Shown here: positions 49,333 through 57,171 of the stretch, piece after piece
Layout of the letters: every line of letters begins with the position of its first letter
How positions within the stretch are numbered: position 1 is the first letter of the stretch
From: a virus
Taxonomy: Duplodnaviria > Caudoviricetes
IMG/VR virus record: IMGVR_UViG_2684623050_000001
Location: 1-64,000 of that record
Direction: 5' to 3' (one strand)
DNA: 64,000 nucleotides
Translations under genes and position numbers: made by a program
The notes under the pieces: model-generated
Told to the model about the DNA's origin: nothing
What the model saw: the letters and a program-made list of their open reading frames with translations, nothing else
The model's database searches: none

Positions 49333-49534
49333 CGGCCCAGTCCTTGATGATGTCGTAGAGGTCGCGCTCGGTGGGCTCGTTGTCCCGGATGCGAGGCTCG
49401 AAGTTCTCCCCGCAGCCGCAGGTGCGGCAGGCGGGATTGCGGTTCACCCGCCCGGTCGAGAAGAAGAGGCAGCTCCGGCAATCCTCGAACCGGGGCTCGA
49501 TGCGCTCGTGAACCCGAATGCCGCGATCACGCAT
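49316..49534 (-). CDS. Small Cys-rich (zinc-binding) protein
   Basis: CRSC...CRTCGC, coupled to both ParB-like genes. Confidence 0.55.
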   Translation of the reverse strand: MRDRGIRVHERIEPRFEDCRSCLFFSTGRVNRNPACRTCGCGENFEPRIRDNEPTERDLYDIIKDWADDDAD

Positions 49535-50225
49535 CGAGGGCGTCCGGGAAGTCGACGGTTGCGGGAGCGGTCTTGCCGAGCAGCAGGTGGACCAGCGCGT
49601 CGCCGGCATTCTGGAGCTCGGAGCCGGCCGTGAAGCCCTGGCGCTTCTGGGTCCGGGCGATCAGCTCGGCGAGCTTGTCGGCGTCGCCCTCGGGCACCTG
49701 GAAGCGCATGACCCGGTGGGTCTTCGGGGCGGCCGGGAGCTTGGGCTCCTCGGGATCGCTCGTGGCATCCGATTCGGACTCGCCAGCGTCGAGATCGAGC
49801 TTGTCGAGCGCTATATCGACCGACGAGAAGATCTGCGTAATGTCGTCGTTGCTCCAGGGGAGAATTTCCTGAAAGTCGAAGCCGTCACCAAAGCCCTTGA
49901 GCAGTTCCGCCAGCTCGATGGCGTCGTCACTGCCGTAGCGCTCGTTCAGGACCAGGCCGATCTGCTTGGCCTCGTCTTCGGAGATCGGTCCCAGGTTCAG
50001 CACCGGGATCAGCGGCACCTTGAGCTGAACGCAAATCTGAACGCGATGCTCGCCGCTCAGAATTTCGAGGTCCTTGCCGTTTTCGCGAACGACAATGGAT
50101 TCGATCAGACCAAGCCGACGGATCGACGCCGTAAGCTTCGCCTCGTTCTCGGGTGAAACGTGGTTGGTGTTCCACGAGTTCGGCACCAGCCGGTCCGGTG
50201 GAAGCGAGAGGGCCTTGGGATACAT
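49527..50225 (-). CDS. ParB/Srx N-terminal domain protein
   Basis: PNSWNTN, L.ASIRRLG, EILSGEHR, N..YG.DD. Confidence 0.82.
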   Translation of the reverse strand: MYPKALSLPPDRLVPNSWNTNHVSPENEAKLTASIRRLGLIESIVVRENGKDLEILSGEHRVQICVQLKVPLIPVLNLGPISEDEAKQIGLVLNERYGSDDAIELAELLKGFGDGFDFQEILPWSNDDITQIFSSVDIALDKLDLDAGESESDATSDPEEPKLPAAPKTHRVMRFQVPEGDADKLAELIARTQKRQGFTAGSELQNAGDALVHLLLGKTAPATVDFPDALDA

Positions 50226-50289
50226 GGGAGCCTGTGATAAGTCAGTGGTTACTTACCATAGGCGAAGCGGAAGGCAAGGTAAATCAGTG

Positions 50290-51984
50290 GTGACTGATCG
50301 CGTCACGATGGCCCGCGGGGTCGTCAACGCGCAGCTCGTCGGGGCCTCGAAGGAGGTCAAGGCGATGGCGCACGAGGTTCTCAGCTACGCCGTCGAGGGC
50401 GCTGAGTTTTCAGCGGCCTTCGGGCCGGGCAAGTGGGACGGTCGATCCTCCTTCTTCGCGAACGCGACCTGCCGGTTCCCGGCCGGCTTCGCCCACATGC
50501 TCCACGCGGAGCTCACGCGCCGCGGCGTGAAGGTCCAGATCGCAGCCAACCCGCTGCCGAAGCCCAAGGGCTCTCCGGACGTCCTGAGCGACGAGGAGCG
50601 CGACGGAGATCCCCGCTACGCCTATCAGCCCCGCACGATCCGGCAGCTGCTGAAGCACGGCCGCGGCATCGCCCAGATCGCCACGGGCGGCGGCAAGTCG
50701 CGGATCGCCCGGCTCGGCGCGCGGGCGCTGCGCATGCCCACCCTCTTCATCACGACGCGCGGCGTGCTGATGCACCAGATGAAGGAGGGCTTCGAGGAGG
50801 ACGGCTGGCGCGTCGGCGTGATCGGTGACGGCGAGTGGTCCCCGGTGCGCGGCATCAACGTCGCGATGGTGCAGACCCTGATGGCCCGGCTCGCCGAGGG
50901 CTCGGTCGAGAAGGAGCTCACCGCGATCATCGAGCGCCGGGCGCGCGCCGAGGAGCAGGAGAAGCTCGACCTCAAGAAGTCCATGAAGGCCTCGAACGCC
51001 AAGCCCGGCGACATCCACAAGATGCTCGACCGGCTGGAGAAGCGCCAGGAGAGCGAGCGGCTCTCGGACGAGGCCCTGGCGAAGGAAGCGACCGCGAAGG
51101 CCGATCGCCAGAACAAGCTGCGCGCGACCACGATCAAGTTCCTGGAGATGATCGAGTTCGTGATCGGCGAGGAGGCGCACGAGGCGGGCGGCAACAGCTA
51201 CTTCGAGATCCTGCGCCACTGCAAGAACGCCCACTACCGGCTGGCGCTGACCGCGACGCCCTTCATGCGGGACGACGCCGAGGACAACATGCGCCTCATG
51301 GCCGCGTTCGGCCCGATCCTGATCCAGGTCACGGAGAAGGAGCTGATCGACAAGGGCATCCTGGCGACGCCCTATTTCAAGTATGTGGACACGAGCCCGC
51401 CCAAGGCCCTGTTCAAGACCACGCCCTACCAGCGCGCCTACAAGGTCGGGATCTCCGAGAACTCGATCCGGAACGCGGTGATCGTCAACGAGGCGATGAA
51501 GGGCGTGCGCGCCGGCCTGCCGGTGATGATCCTGGTTCAGCACAAGGCGCACGGGGTCAACGTGCAGACCGCGCTGGAGACGGCCGGCGCCAAGGTCCGC
51601 TTCATCCAGGGCGAGGACAACCAGAAGGCCCGCAAGGCGGCGCTGGCCGGGCTGAAGACCGGCTCGATCGAGGTCCTGATCGGCACGACGATTCTGGACG
51701 TCGGCGTCGACGTTCCGGCCGTCGGTATGGTCATCCTGGCCGGCGCCGGCAAGGCAGAGGTCGCGCTCCGGCAGCGGATCGGTCGCGGGCTGCGCGCCAA
51801 GAAGGGTGTCCCGAATATCGCCTTCATTCTCGACTTCGTGGACAAGCAGAACACCCATCTGCGCGACCACGCCCGGCAGCGCCGCGGCATCGTCGAGGCC
51901 ACGCCTGGATTCGCCGAGCGCATCCTGCTCCCGAACCAGGACTTCCCCTGGCACCTGCTCGTTTCGGCAGCGCAGGCCGCGTAG
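50290..51984 (+). CDS. SF2 (DEAH-like) helicase
   Basis: YQ, ATGGGKS, EEAH, LTATP, GVDVP, QRIGRGLR. Divergent from the ParB cassette. Confidence 0.88.
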   Translation: MTDRVTMARGVVNAQLVGASKEVKAMAHEVLSYAVEGAEFSAAFGPGKWDGRSSFFANATCRFPAGFAHMLHAELTRRGVKVQIAANPLPKPKGSPDVLSDEERDGDPRYAYQPRTIRQLLKHGRGIAQIATGGGKSRIARLGARALRMPTLFITTRGVLMHQMKEGFEEDGWRVGVIGDGEWSPVRGINVAMVQTLMARLAEGSVEKELTAIIERRARAEEQEKLDLKKSMKASNAKPGDIHKMLDRLEKRQESERLSDEALAKEATAKADRQNKLRATTIKFLEMIEFVIGEEAHEAGGNSYFEILRHCKNAHYRLALTATPFMRDDAEDNMRLMAAFGPILIQVTEKELIDKGILATPYFKYVDTSPPKALFKTTPYQRAYKVGISENSIRNAVIVNEAMKGVRAGLPVMILVQHKAHGVNVQTALETAGAKVRFIQGEDNQKARKAALAGLKTGSIEVLIGTTILDVGVDVPAVGMVILAGAGKAEVALRQRIGRGLRAKKGVPNIAFILDFVDKQNTHLRDHARQRRGIVEATPGFAERILLPNQDFPWHLLVSAAQAA

Positions 51985-52004
51985 ATCCAGCTATAGAGAG
52001 CAGC

Positions 52005-52205
52005 ATGAGCAACGCACGCAAGCCGGTCGATCCGGTCCACTTCTTCGATGCGCGGGGCAATCACGTCTCGCGTCTCGATCGCCTGGAGCAGGAGAACGCC
52101 CGGCTCCGGGCCCGCAACGAACGGCTCGTGGCGATGCTGCGGGCCCTGAAGCGCAAGGCCGCTCTCGCGGGCGACCAGGCTCCCGACGTCACCACCCTTC
52201 ACTAA
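52005..52205 (+). CDS. Small coiled-coil protein
   Basis: Start MSNARKP. LEQENARLR heptads. Confidence 0.5.
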   Translation: MSNARKPVDPVHFFDARGNHVSRLDRLEQENARLRARNERLVAMLRALKRKAALAGDQAPDVTTLH

Positions 52206-52285
52206 CCCCTCCCCTGCCAAATTCTGTAGCCCGAACAAGGGCTTAGTGCGGCTTCCATCATCAGTCAGCAGTGACTTAGCATCCC

Positions 52286-52876
52286 ATGAGCACCACCCTT
52301 CCCCGCTACATCGCCCTCTGCGGCAACCCGAAGGCCGGCAAGACGCTGGTCCAGACGATCCTGCAGCAGGACTACGGCGTCCAGCCGATCGACGACGGGC
52401 TCCCCTTGCGCGAGATCGCCGTCCAGCAGTTCGGGCTGACCTGGGATCAGGTCTCGACCCAGGCCGGCAAGACCGAGTTCGTCGACGTCAACGGCCAGCC
52501 CTGGCAGATCCGCAAGATCCTCGGCGAGATCGGCAACGCGCTGGAAGACAAGTTCGGCCGCAACATCCTGCCGGCGCTCGCCATCCCGCGCGCCGAGCGT
52601 GAGCACCCGGACGCGAAGGCCTTCTCCTTCGGCTCGGTGCGCCGCGATCAGGGCCTCGTCTACCGGGACCGGCTCGGGATGGTGATCGGCGTCCGGAACC
52701 CGCTGGCGCCGCCCACGGGCAACGAGTTCGACACCTTCGACGAGACCATCGTCGATTTCTGGATCGAGAACGACGGCGTGAGCATCGACAACCTCAAGCG
52801 CGAGGTCGCCGCGGCGCTCAAGCACTGGGACGCGCTGATGCACTGCGCCCAGACGATCGCTCGGAGGGCTGCGTGA
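52286..52876 (+). CDS. Deoxynucleoside monophosphate kinase-like
   Basis: IALCGNPKAGKT, PLREIA, R.ILGEIG, SVR. Confidence 0.7.
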   Translation: MSTTLPRYIALCGNPKAGKTLVQTILQQDYGVQPIDDGLPLREIAVQQFGLTWDQVSTQAGKTEFVDVNGQPWQIRKILGEIGNALEDKFGRNILPALAIPRAEREHPDAKAFSFGSVRRDQGLVYRDRLGMVIGVRNPLAPPTGNEFDTFDETIVDFWIENDGVSIDNLKREVAAALKHWDALMHCAQTIARRAA

Positions 52877-52991
52877 TGGCCTGGTTCCGCTTTTGGGTGA
52901 ACGCCGCCCTGACCGCCCAGGGTCTCTCCATCGCCTACTGGACGGCTGTCTCGAATGAGGCGGCCGACCTGATCGAGAAGGATCTCCAGCC

Positions 52992-53693
52992 ATGACCTGG
53001 GGAGGCCTCACCGCGACCAACGGGCACGCGGAGCTCGACACCAGCCGCGTCCGGCAGGGCCTCGACTTCTTCGAGGTCCGATCCGACGGCTCCGGCGAGC
53101 TGCTGGGCTGGGTCCAGGGCATCGACGGCGTTCAGGTCGAGCGCGAGAAGTCCGAGCGGATCACCTTCAACACGGTCGATGTCGACGACGAGGACATGAG
53201 CTTCGTGGTCGAGAGCGACGAGTTCGGTGCGGTCGAGATCCGCGACCAGCCGATCCTGTCGTTCCGGGTGCGCGAGCGCAAGATCACCTACCGCGGCGCC
53301 GATCTCGACCAGAGCCCGAAGCCCTACGAGAACGAGACGCCGCGCTACGCCACCCGCACGCACGGGACCGCCTGGGGCAGCATCAACTACACCTGGCGCG
53401 CGCTCGCGGTCTCAGCCGAGGAAGCCGAGCTCCTGTTCGACTATCCCGAATTCGTGCCCCACACGCCCAAGCCCAACATGCACGAGGTCGCCGGCCTGCT
53501 CGAAGAGGAGCTGTTCCACGGCAAGCTCCCGAGGGCGCCGCAGCTCGAAGGCGTGAACTACGCAGAAACGGATGCTCACGAGCTTGCTCGACAGATCACG
53601 AGAGCCGTGACGAAGGAGCACGAGCGGAGCAATCTCGGTGGATCGTGGACGCCCTCCTATCCCGGCCGCGCCGGCTCGGGGTTCCAGTCATGA
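52992..53693 (+). CDS. Hypothetical protein
   Basis: 233-aa acidic ORF with AAGGA RBS. Confidence 0.65.
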   Translation: MTWGGLTATNGHAELDTSRVRQGLDFFEVRSDGSGELLGWVQGIDGVQVEREKSERITFNTVDVDDEDMSFVVESDEFGAVEIRDQPILSFRVRERKITYRGADLDQSPKPYENETPRYATRTHGTAWGSINYTWRALAVSAEEAELLFDYPEFVPHTPKPNMHEVAGLLEEELFHGKLPRAPQLEGVNYAETDAHELARQITRAVTKEHERSNLGGSWTPSYPGRAGSGFQS

Positions 53694-54172
53694 GCGGCTT
53701 CCGCAAGCAGAACTTCTGCGACCTGCTCGATCCGTTCCAGGAGGAGTTCAACCGGTTCATGCTGGGCGAGCTTCTCGGCAGCGGGGAGAGCCGCGTCGTC
53801 TACGCCCAGCCCGACGGCAAGAATCTGGTCTTCAAGGTCGAGGCCGGCTGGAACAAGGGCGAGTTCCACAACGTCCGTGAGTGGAACCTCTGGAAGGAGC
53901 TTGAGGACTATCCCGACGCCCGCGCCTGGCTGGCGCCCTGTCGCGCGATCTCCGAGGGCGGGAAGATCCTCGCCCAGGCCCGCGTGCGCCCGCTCAAGGG
54001 GATCGAGGAGCTCAAGGGCATCAAGATCCCCGACTTCCTCGGTGACTGCCACTGGGGCAACCTCGGGCACTACAAGGGCCGGATCGTCTGCCACGACTAC
54101 GCCTACAACCGGGTCAGCGAGAAGGCGGCCCGCAGCTTCCGGCTCATCAAGAACCGGCGCGAGGACGGGTAG
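53690..54172 (+). CDS. Minimal protein-kinase-like fold protein
   Basis: LLGSGESRVVY, VFKV, N.RE, D.H.GN.G, HDY. Confidence 0.65.
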   Translation: MSGFRKQNFCDLLDPFQEEFNRFMLGELLGSGESRVVYAQPDGKNLVFKVEAGWNKGEFHNVREWNLWKELEDYPDARAWLAPCRAISEGGKILAQARVRPLKGIEELKGIKIPDFLGDCHWGNLGHYKGRIVCHDYAYNRVSEKAARSFRLIKNRREDG

Positions 54173-54265
54173 CGTTCCGGGTCCGTTCCCTACCCGTTAA
54201 CCGGGCCTTAACGTAAGCATGGGCGAATCCGCTTGTCAGCGACTTCGCGAAACGGAAATCCGCCC

Positions 54266-54946
54266 ATGCTCACCATAGCTTGCCTCTCCCAGAAGGGTGG
54301 CGTCGGTAAAAGCACCCTCACCCGACTGATCGCCCGCAGCTACGCGGCTGCCGGCTGGCGCGTGAAGATCGCCGACCTCAACACCAAGCAGAAGACGTCC
54401 GTGGACTGGGCCTCGCTCCGGATGGAAGCGAACCTGGAGCCGTCCGTCTCGGCCGAGCCCTTCGCCAACGTGCGCCAGGCGCTCCTGCAGTCGATGAACT
54501 ACGACCTCATGGTGTTCGACGGCCGCCCCGATTCCGAGACCGCGGGCCGTGACGTCGCCAAGGAGGCAGACCTCATCATCGTGCCGACCTCGGTCGCGCT
54601 CGACGACCTCGCCCCGCAGGTGAAGTTCGCCCACGAGCTGATCTCCAACGGCATCGAGCGCAAGCGCATCCTCTTCGTCATCAACCAGACGGGCGAGAGC
54701 CAGGTCGAGGTCAACGACGCGCGCGAGTATGTCCGGGTCGCCGGCTACGGCGTCTGCGAGACCCACATCTCGGCCAAGCCCAGCTACCGGACCGCGCAGA
54801 ACACCGGCCGCGCCCTGAACGAGACCACCTTCCCCTCGCTCAATGAGCGCGCCGACGCCCTGATGCAGGAGGTCGTGGATAAGGTCGCCGAGCTCGATCC
54901 CCGCGCCTCCCAGCGTGCCTCCCTGATCGCCAAGGTGCCCGCATGA
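54266..54946 (+). CDS. parA: Partition ATPase ParA (short, type Ib-like)
   Basis: SQKGGVGKST, ADL..KQ, YDLMVFDG, ADLIIVP. Confidence 0.9.
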   Translation: MLTIACLSQKGGVGKSTLTRLIARSYAAAGWRVKIADLNTKQKTSVDWASLRMEANLEPSVSAEPFANVRQALLQSMNYDLMVFDGRPDSETAGRDVAKEADLIIVPTSVALDDLAPQVKFAHELISNGIERKRILFVINQTGESQVEVNDAREYVRVAGYGVCETHISAKPSYRTAQNTGRALNETTFPSLNERADALMQEVVDKVAELDPRASQRASLIAKVPA

Positions 54947-55371
54947 GCCGTCTGAAGATCGCCCCGCCTCCCATGCCGGCCGAGCCGGCGCCCGAAGTCG
55001 TTCCAGAGCCCGTAGAGGCGCCCTCCCCTGCTCCGGCTCCCAAGGTCGACGCGCGTCCCTCGCGGCTGTCTGCGGCCCCGCCCAAGCTCGCGCAGGCCCC
55101 GATCAACCTGCACCTGCCCAGCGAAGGCTTCGTCGACCTCAATTTCAAGGTCGAGCCCGAGCTGCGCCAGCGCTTCAAGCTCGAAGCCGTCCGCCGCGGC
55201 ATGTCGAACAAGGAGCTGCTCGAAGCCTGCTTCACCGTCTACCTGGAGACGTTCCCCTCGGACGAGCCCATGCCGACCATCAAGCGTCCGACAGCAGAGA
55301 CGCTCGCCCGGCGTCGGGAGAAGCGGCTGGAGCGCGAGAAGCGTCTCGAACGCATCCGGTCGCGCCAATGA
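54943..55371 (+). CDS. Ribbon-helix-helix partition partner (ParG-like)
   Basis: Flexible Pro-rich N-terminus then LNFKVEPELRQRFKLEAVRRGMSNKELL, coupled to parA. Confidence 0.72.
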   Translation: MSRLKIAPPPMPAEPAPEVVPEPVEAPSPAPAPKVDARPSRLSAAPPKLAQAPINLHLPSEGFVDLNFKVEPELRQRFKLEAVRRGMSNKELLEACFTVYLETFPSDEPMPTIKRPTAETLARRREKRLEREKRLERIRSRQ

Positions 55372-55580
55372 GCGCCGGCCCCGAGGAGATCGACCTGCTG
55401 GAGCTGGCCCGCGAGCTCATGCGGCAGTTCACGCCCGAGGAGAGAACCGAAGTGGTCCGCGAAGCGGACCGTCTCGGGATCTCCGAGGAATACGTCGTCC
55501 TCGAAGCCATCCTGCAGCTCGATCTGTCCGAGTTCGCGCACGGGGAATTGGGGAGTGGGGAGCCTGGGACCCAAGGATGA
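55368..55580 (+). CDS. Hypothetical protein
   Basis: ATGA overlap with the parG-like gene. Confidence 0.5.
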   Translation: MSAGPEEIDLLELARELMRQFTPEERTEVVREADRLGISEEYVVLEAILQLDLSEFAHGELGSGEPGTQG

Positions 55581-55714
55581 TCGCCGGGGATCTGGTGCCT
55601 CTCCCAAGGACCGGCCGGAGATGCTGGTGGACACCCGAGGCATAGCCCAGAGCGCGTGAGTGTGGCTCTAGGACATCACTGTGTCTCAAAAACTACAGTG
55701 ACAAACGTGCAACG

Positions 55715-55751
55715 TGATGCGCGCGTGCATCAGTGTGTCACGCGCGCATCA
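55715..55751 (-). terminator. Hairpin built without GG/CC
   Basis: 13-bp stem tgatgcgcgcgtg/cacgcgcgcatca just past the 55757 stop. Confidence 0.6.
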
Positions 55752-55756
55752 GTGTG

Positions 55757-56137
55757 TCATGCTTGCTCGTCAAGCACTAATTCGACGCAATGCATAAGAA
55801 AACGCTTGAAGTCTGCGAAGTTGTCGAAGCGAAAACATTGCTTCTGCAATGTAATGTTTTCGTCAAAGTTAAGATCAGAGCATGCATAATGCGCATCGTT
55901 AAGCGTGCGCACAACGACGTGATGAAAGCTGTCGTGCTTGCGTTCGATGCGCACAGCGTCGATGTAGTGAAACTGCATCACAAGCATTTCAACGCGCTCG
56001 CTGTAAGCGTCAAAATCGTCGCGCGCGCTCATGTCAGTGCGATAGTCTGCGAAGCTGTCGAACGCGCTCATCAGCGCTTGCTCTTGCGCGAGCTTGCGTG
56101 TCTCAGCGTTCATCTCAGCGATATCTTGAAGCGTCAT
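55757..56137 (-). CDS. Hypothetical protein lacking Gly/Pro/Trp
   Basis: 126 aa from MTLQDIAE. Purine-rich AGAGAG upstream. Confidence 0.7.
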   Translation of the reverse strand: MTLQDIAEMNAETRKLAQEQALMSAFDSFADYRTDMSARDDFDAYSERVEMLVMQFHYIDAVRIERKHDSFHHVVVRTLNDAHYACSDLNFDENITLQKQCFRFDNFADFKRFLMHCVELVLDEQA

Positions 56138-56197
56138 GACGAAAACTCTCTGTGTTGCTGACAAATGCTTGTCGCATGCGTTCGCATTGCAAGTCAA

Positions 56198-56389
56198 TCA
56201 CTGCTGACTGACTTTTTCGAGCTTTTTGCGCGCGCGATGCTTCGCGACACGCAAGCGCGCATCTTCGTCTCTGTGCGACGCGACAAGCGCTAGATAAGCT
56301 TCGCGTGCGCGTTGCTTCTCTGTGCGAAGCTCGCTCAGACGCGCTTCGATTGACGCGATTTCAGCGCGCAGAGCGTCAGACTTGCACAT
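56198..56389 (-). CDS. Small coiled-coil protein lacking Gly/Pro/Trp
   Basis: 63 aa, heptad pattern, GAGAAG upstream. Confidence 0.5.
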   Translation of the reverse strand: MCKSDALRAEIASIEARLSELRTEKQRAREAYLALVASHRDEDARLRVAKHRARKKLEKVSQQ

Positions 56390-56449
56390 AGCGTTTGCTT
56401 CTCATGAGAGCGTCGCACAGCGCGTTCGCGCGCTCTGAGCTAGTGAGAG

Positions 56450-56478
56450 CGCTAGAGACGCGCGAAGCGTCTCTAGCG
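56450..56478 (-). terminator. Hairpin built without GG/CC
   Basis: Stem cgctagagacgc/gcgtctctagcg just past the 56492 stop. Confidence 0.65.
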
Positions 56479-56491
56479 TGCGTCTGAGCGC

Positions 56492-57106
56492 TTAGAGCGC
56501 GACGTTCAGCGCTTTCGCGAGACGCTTCGTCGTCGTCGCGCTCAGATTGAGCTTGTAAGCGACTTTGTTCATGTCGTCGCGCGTCTCTGTCAGCACGTCG
56601 AACATTTGCAGCGCATTGATGCTAGAGCTTGACTGAGTGTCAGCAGTGCTTGCAGCGATGCTGCGAGCGTAGCGCGAAATCAGTTGCTCTTTCGTCGCGT
56701 CGCACTTGAGCGCGTCGCACAGCGACGCTTGAGCGTCAGCGTGCGTCATGCTCTTGTCAGCTTTCGTCAGATTGAGAGCAGTCAAGAAAACGTGCTTGCT
56801 GTAGACGTTCAGCGCTTCAGCTTTGACAGCAGCGCGCGCGACGTTGAACACTTTCTCAGCGCTGTAGACGTTGAAACGCTTGTTGCGACGCTCTTGACGA
56901 TTGATGAAGTCAGCAGCGACGTTCGCAGTGTGCATGACTTCGCAAACGACGTCTGACGCGAAGTCAGCGCGAAGCGACTTGAACGTCTTGAAAATGTTTT
57001 CGTTAGCGTTGTTCTCGCGCTCATAAGCTTCGCGAGCGTCGAAAGCAGAAGTGAGAGCGAGCTTGTAAGCAGTGACAGCTTCGTTCTTCGCGACGTTGTT
57101 GCTCAT
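56492..57106 (-). CDS. Hypothetical protein lacking Gly/Pro/Trp; paralog of 58363-59271
   Basis: 204 aa from MSNNVAK. Shares F.NR.....R.NVY...KV and AST..TQ.SS...AL with the 58363 protein. Confidence 0.82.
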   Translation of the reverse strand: MSNNVAKNEAVTAYKLALTSAFDAREAYERENNANENIFKTFKSLRADFASDVVCEVMHTANVAADFINRQERRNKRFNVYSAEKVFNVARAAVKAEALNVYSKHVFLTALNLTKADKSMTHADAQASLCDALKCDATKEQLISRYARSIAASTADTQSSSSINALQMFDVLTETRDDMNKVAYKLNLSATTTKRLAKALNVAL

Positions 57107-57143
57107 GTCTGTGTCTCTCTGTGTTTGTGTGCTGACAAGAGAC

Positions 57144-57171
57144 AATTTAGTCAGTTCGCATTGAGAGTCAA
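57144..57171 (-). promoter_or_regulatory. Sigma70-like promoter of the island gene
   Basis: TTGACT-16 bp-TAAATT, with a degenerate palindrome immediately upstream of and overlapping -35. Confidence 0.55.

Noticed and set aside
2082-49347. Many long plus-strand ORFs (e.g. 12488-15100, 20052-22922, 23610-26621, 29496-34376)
   Set aside because: Antisense shadows of high-GC3 minus-strand genes with no recognisable motifs.
48658-50225. ParB-like genes as the plasmid partition system
   Set aside because: No adjacent ParA and no clear HTH. A separate parA plus RHH pair exists at 54266-55371.
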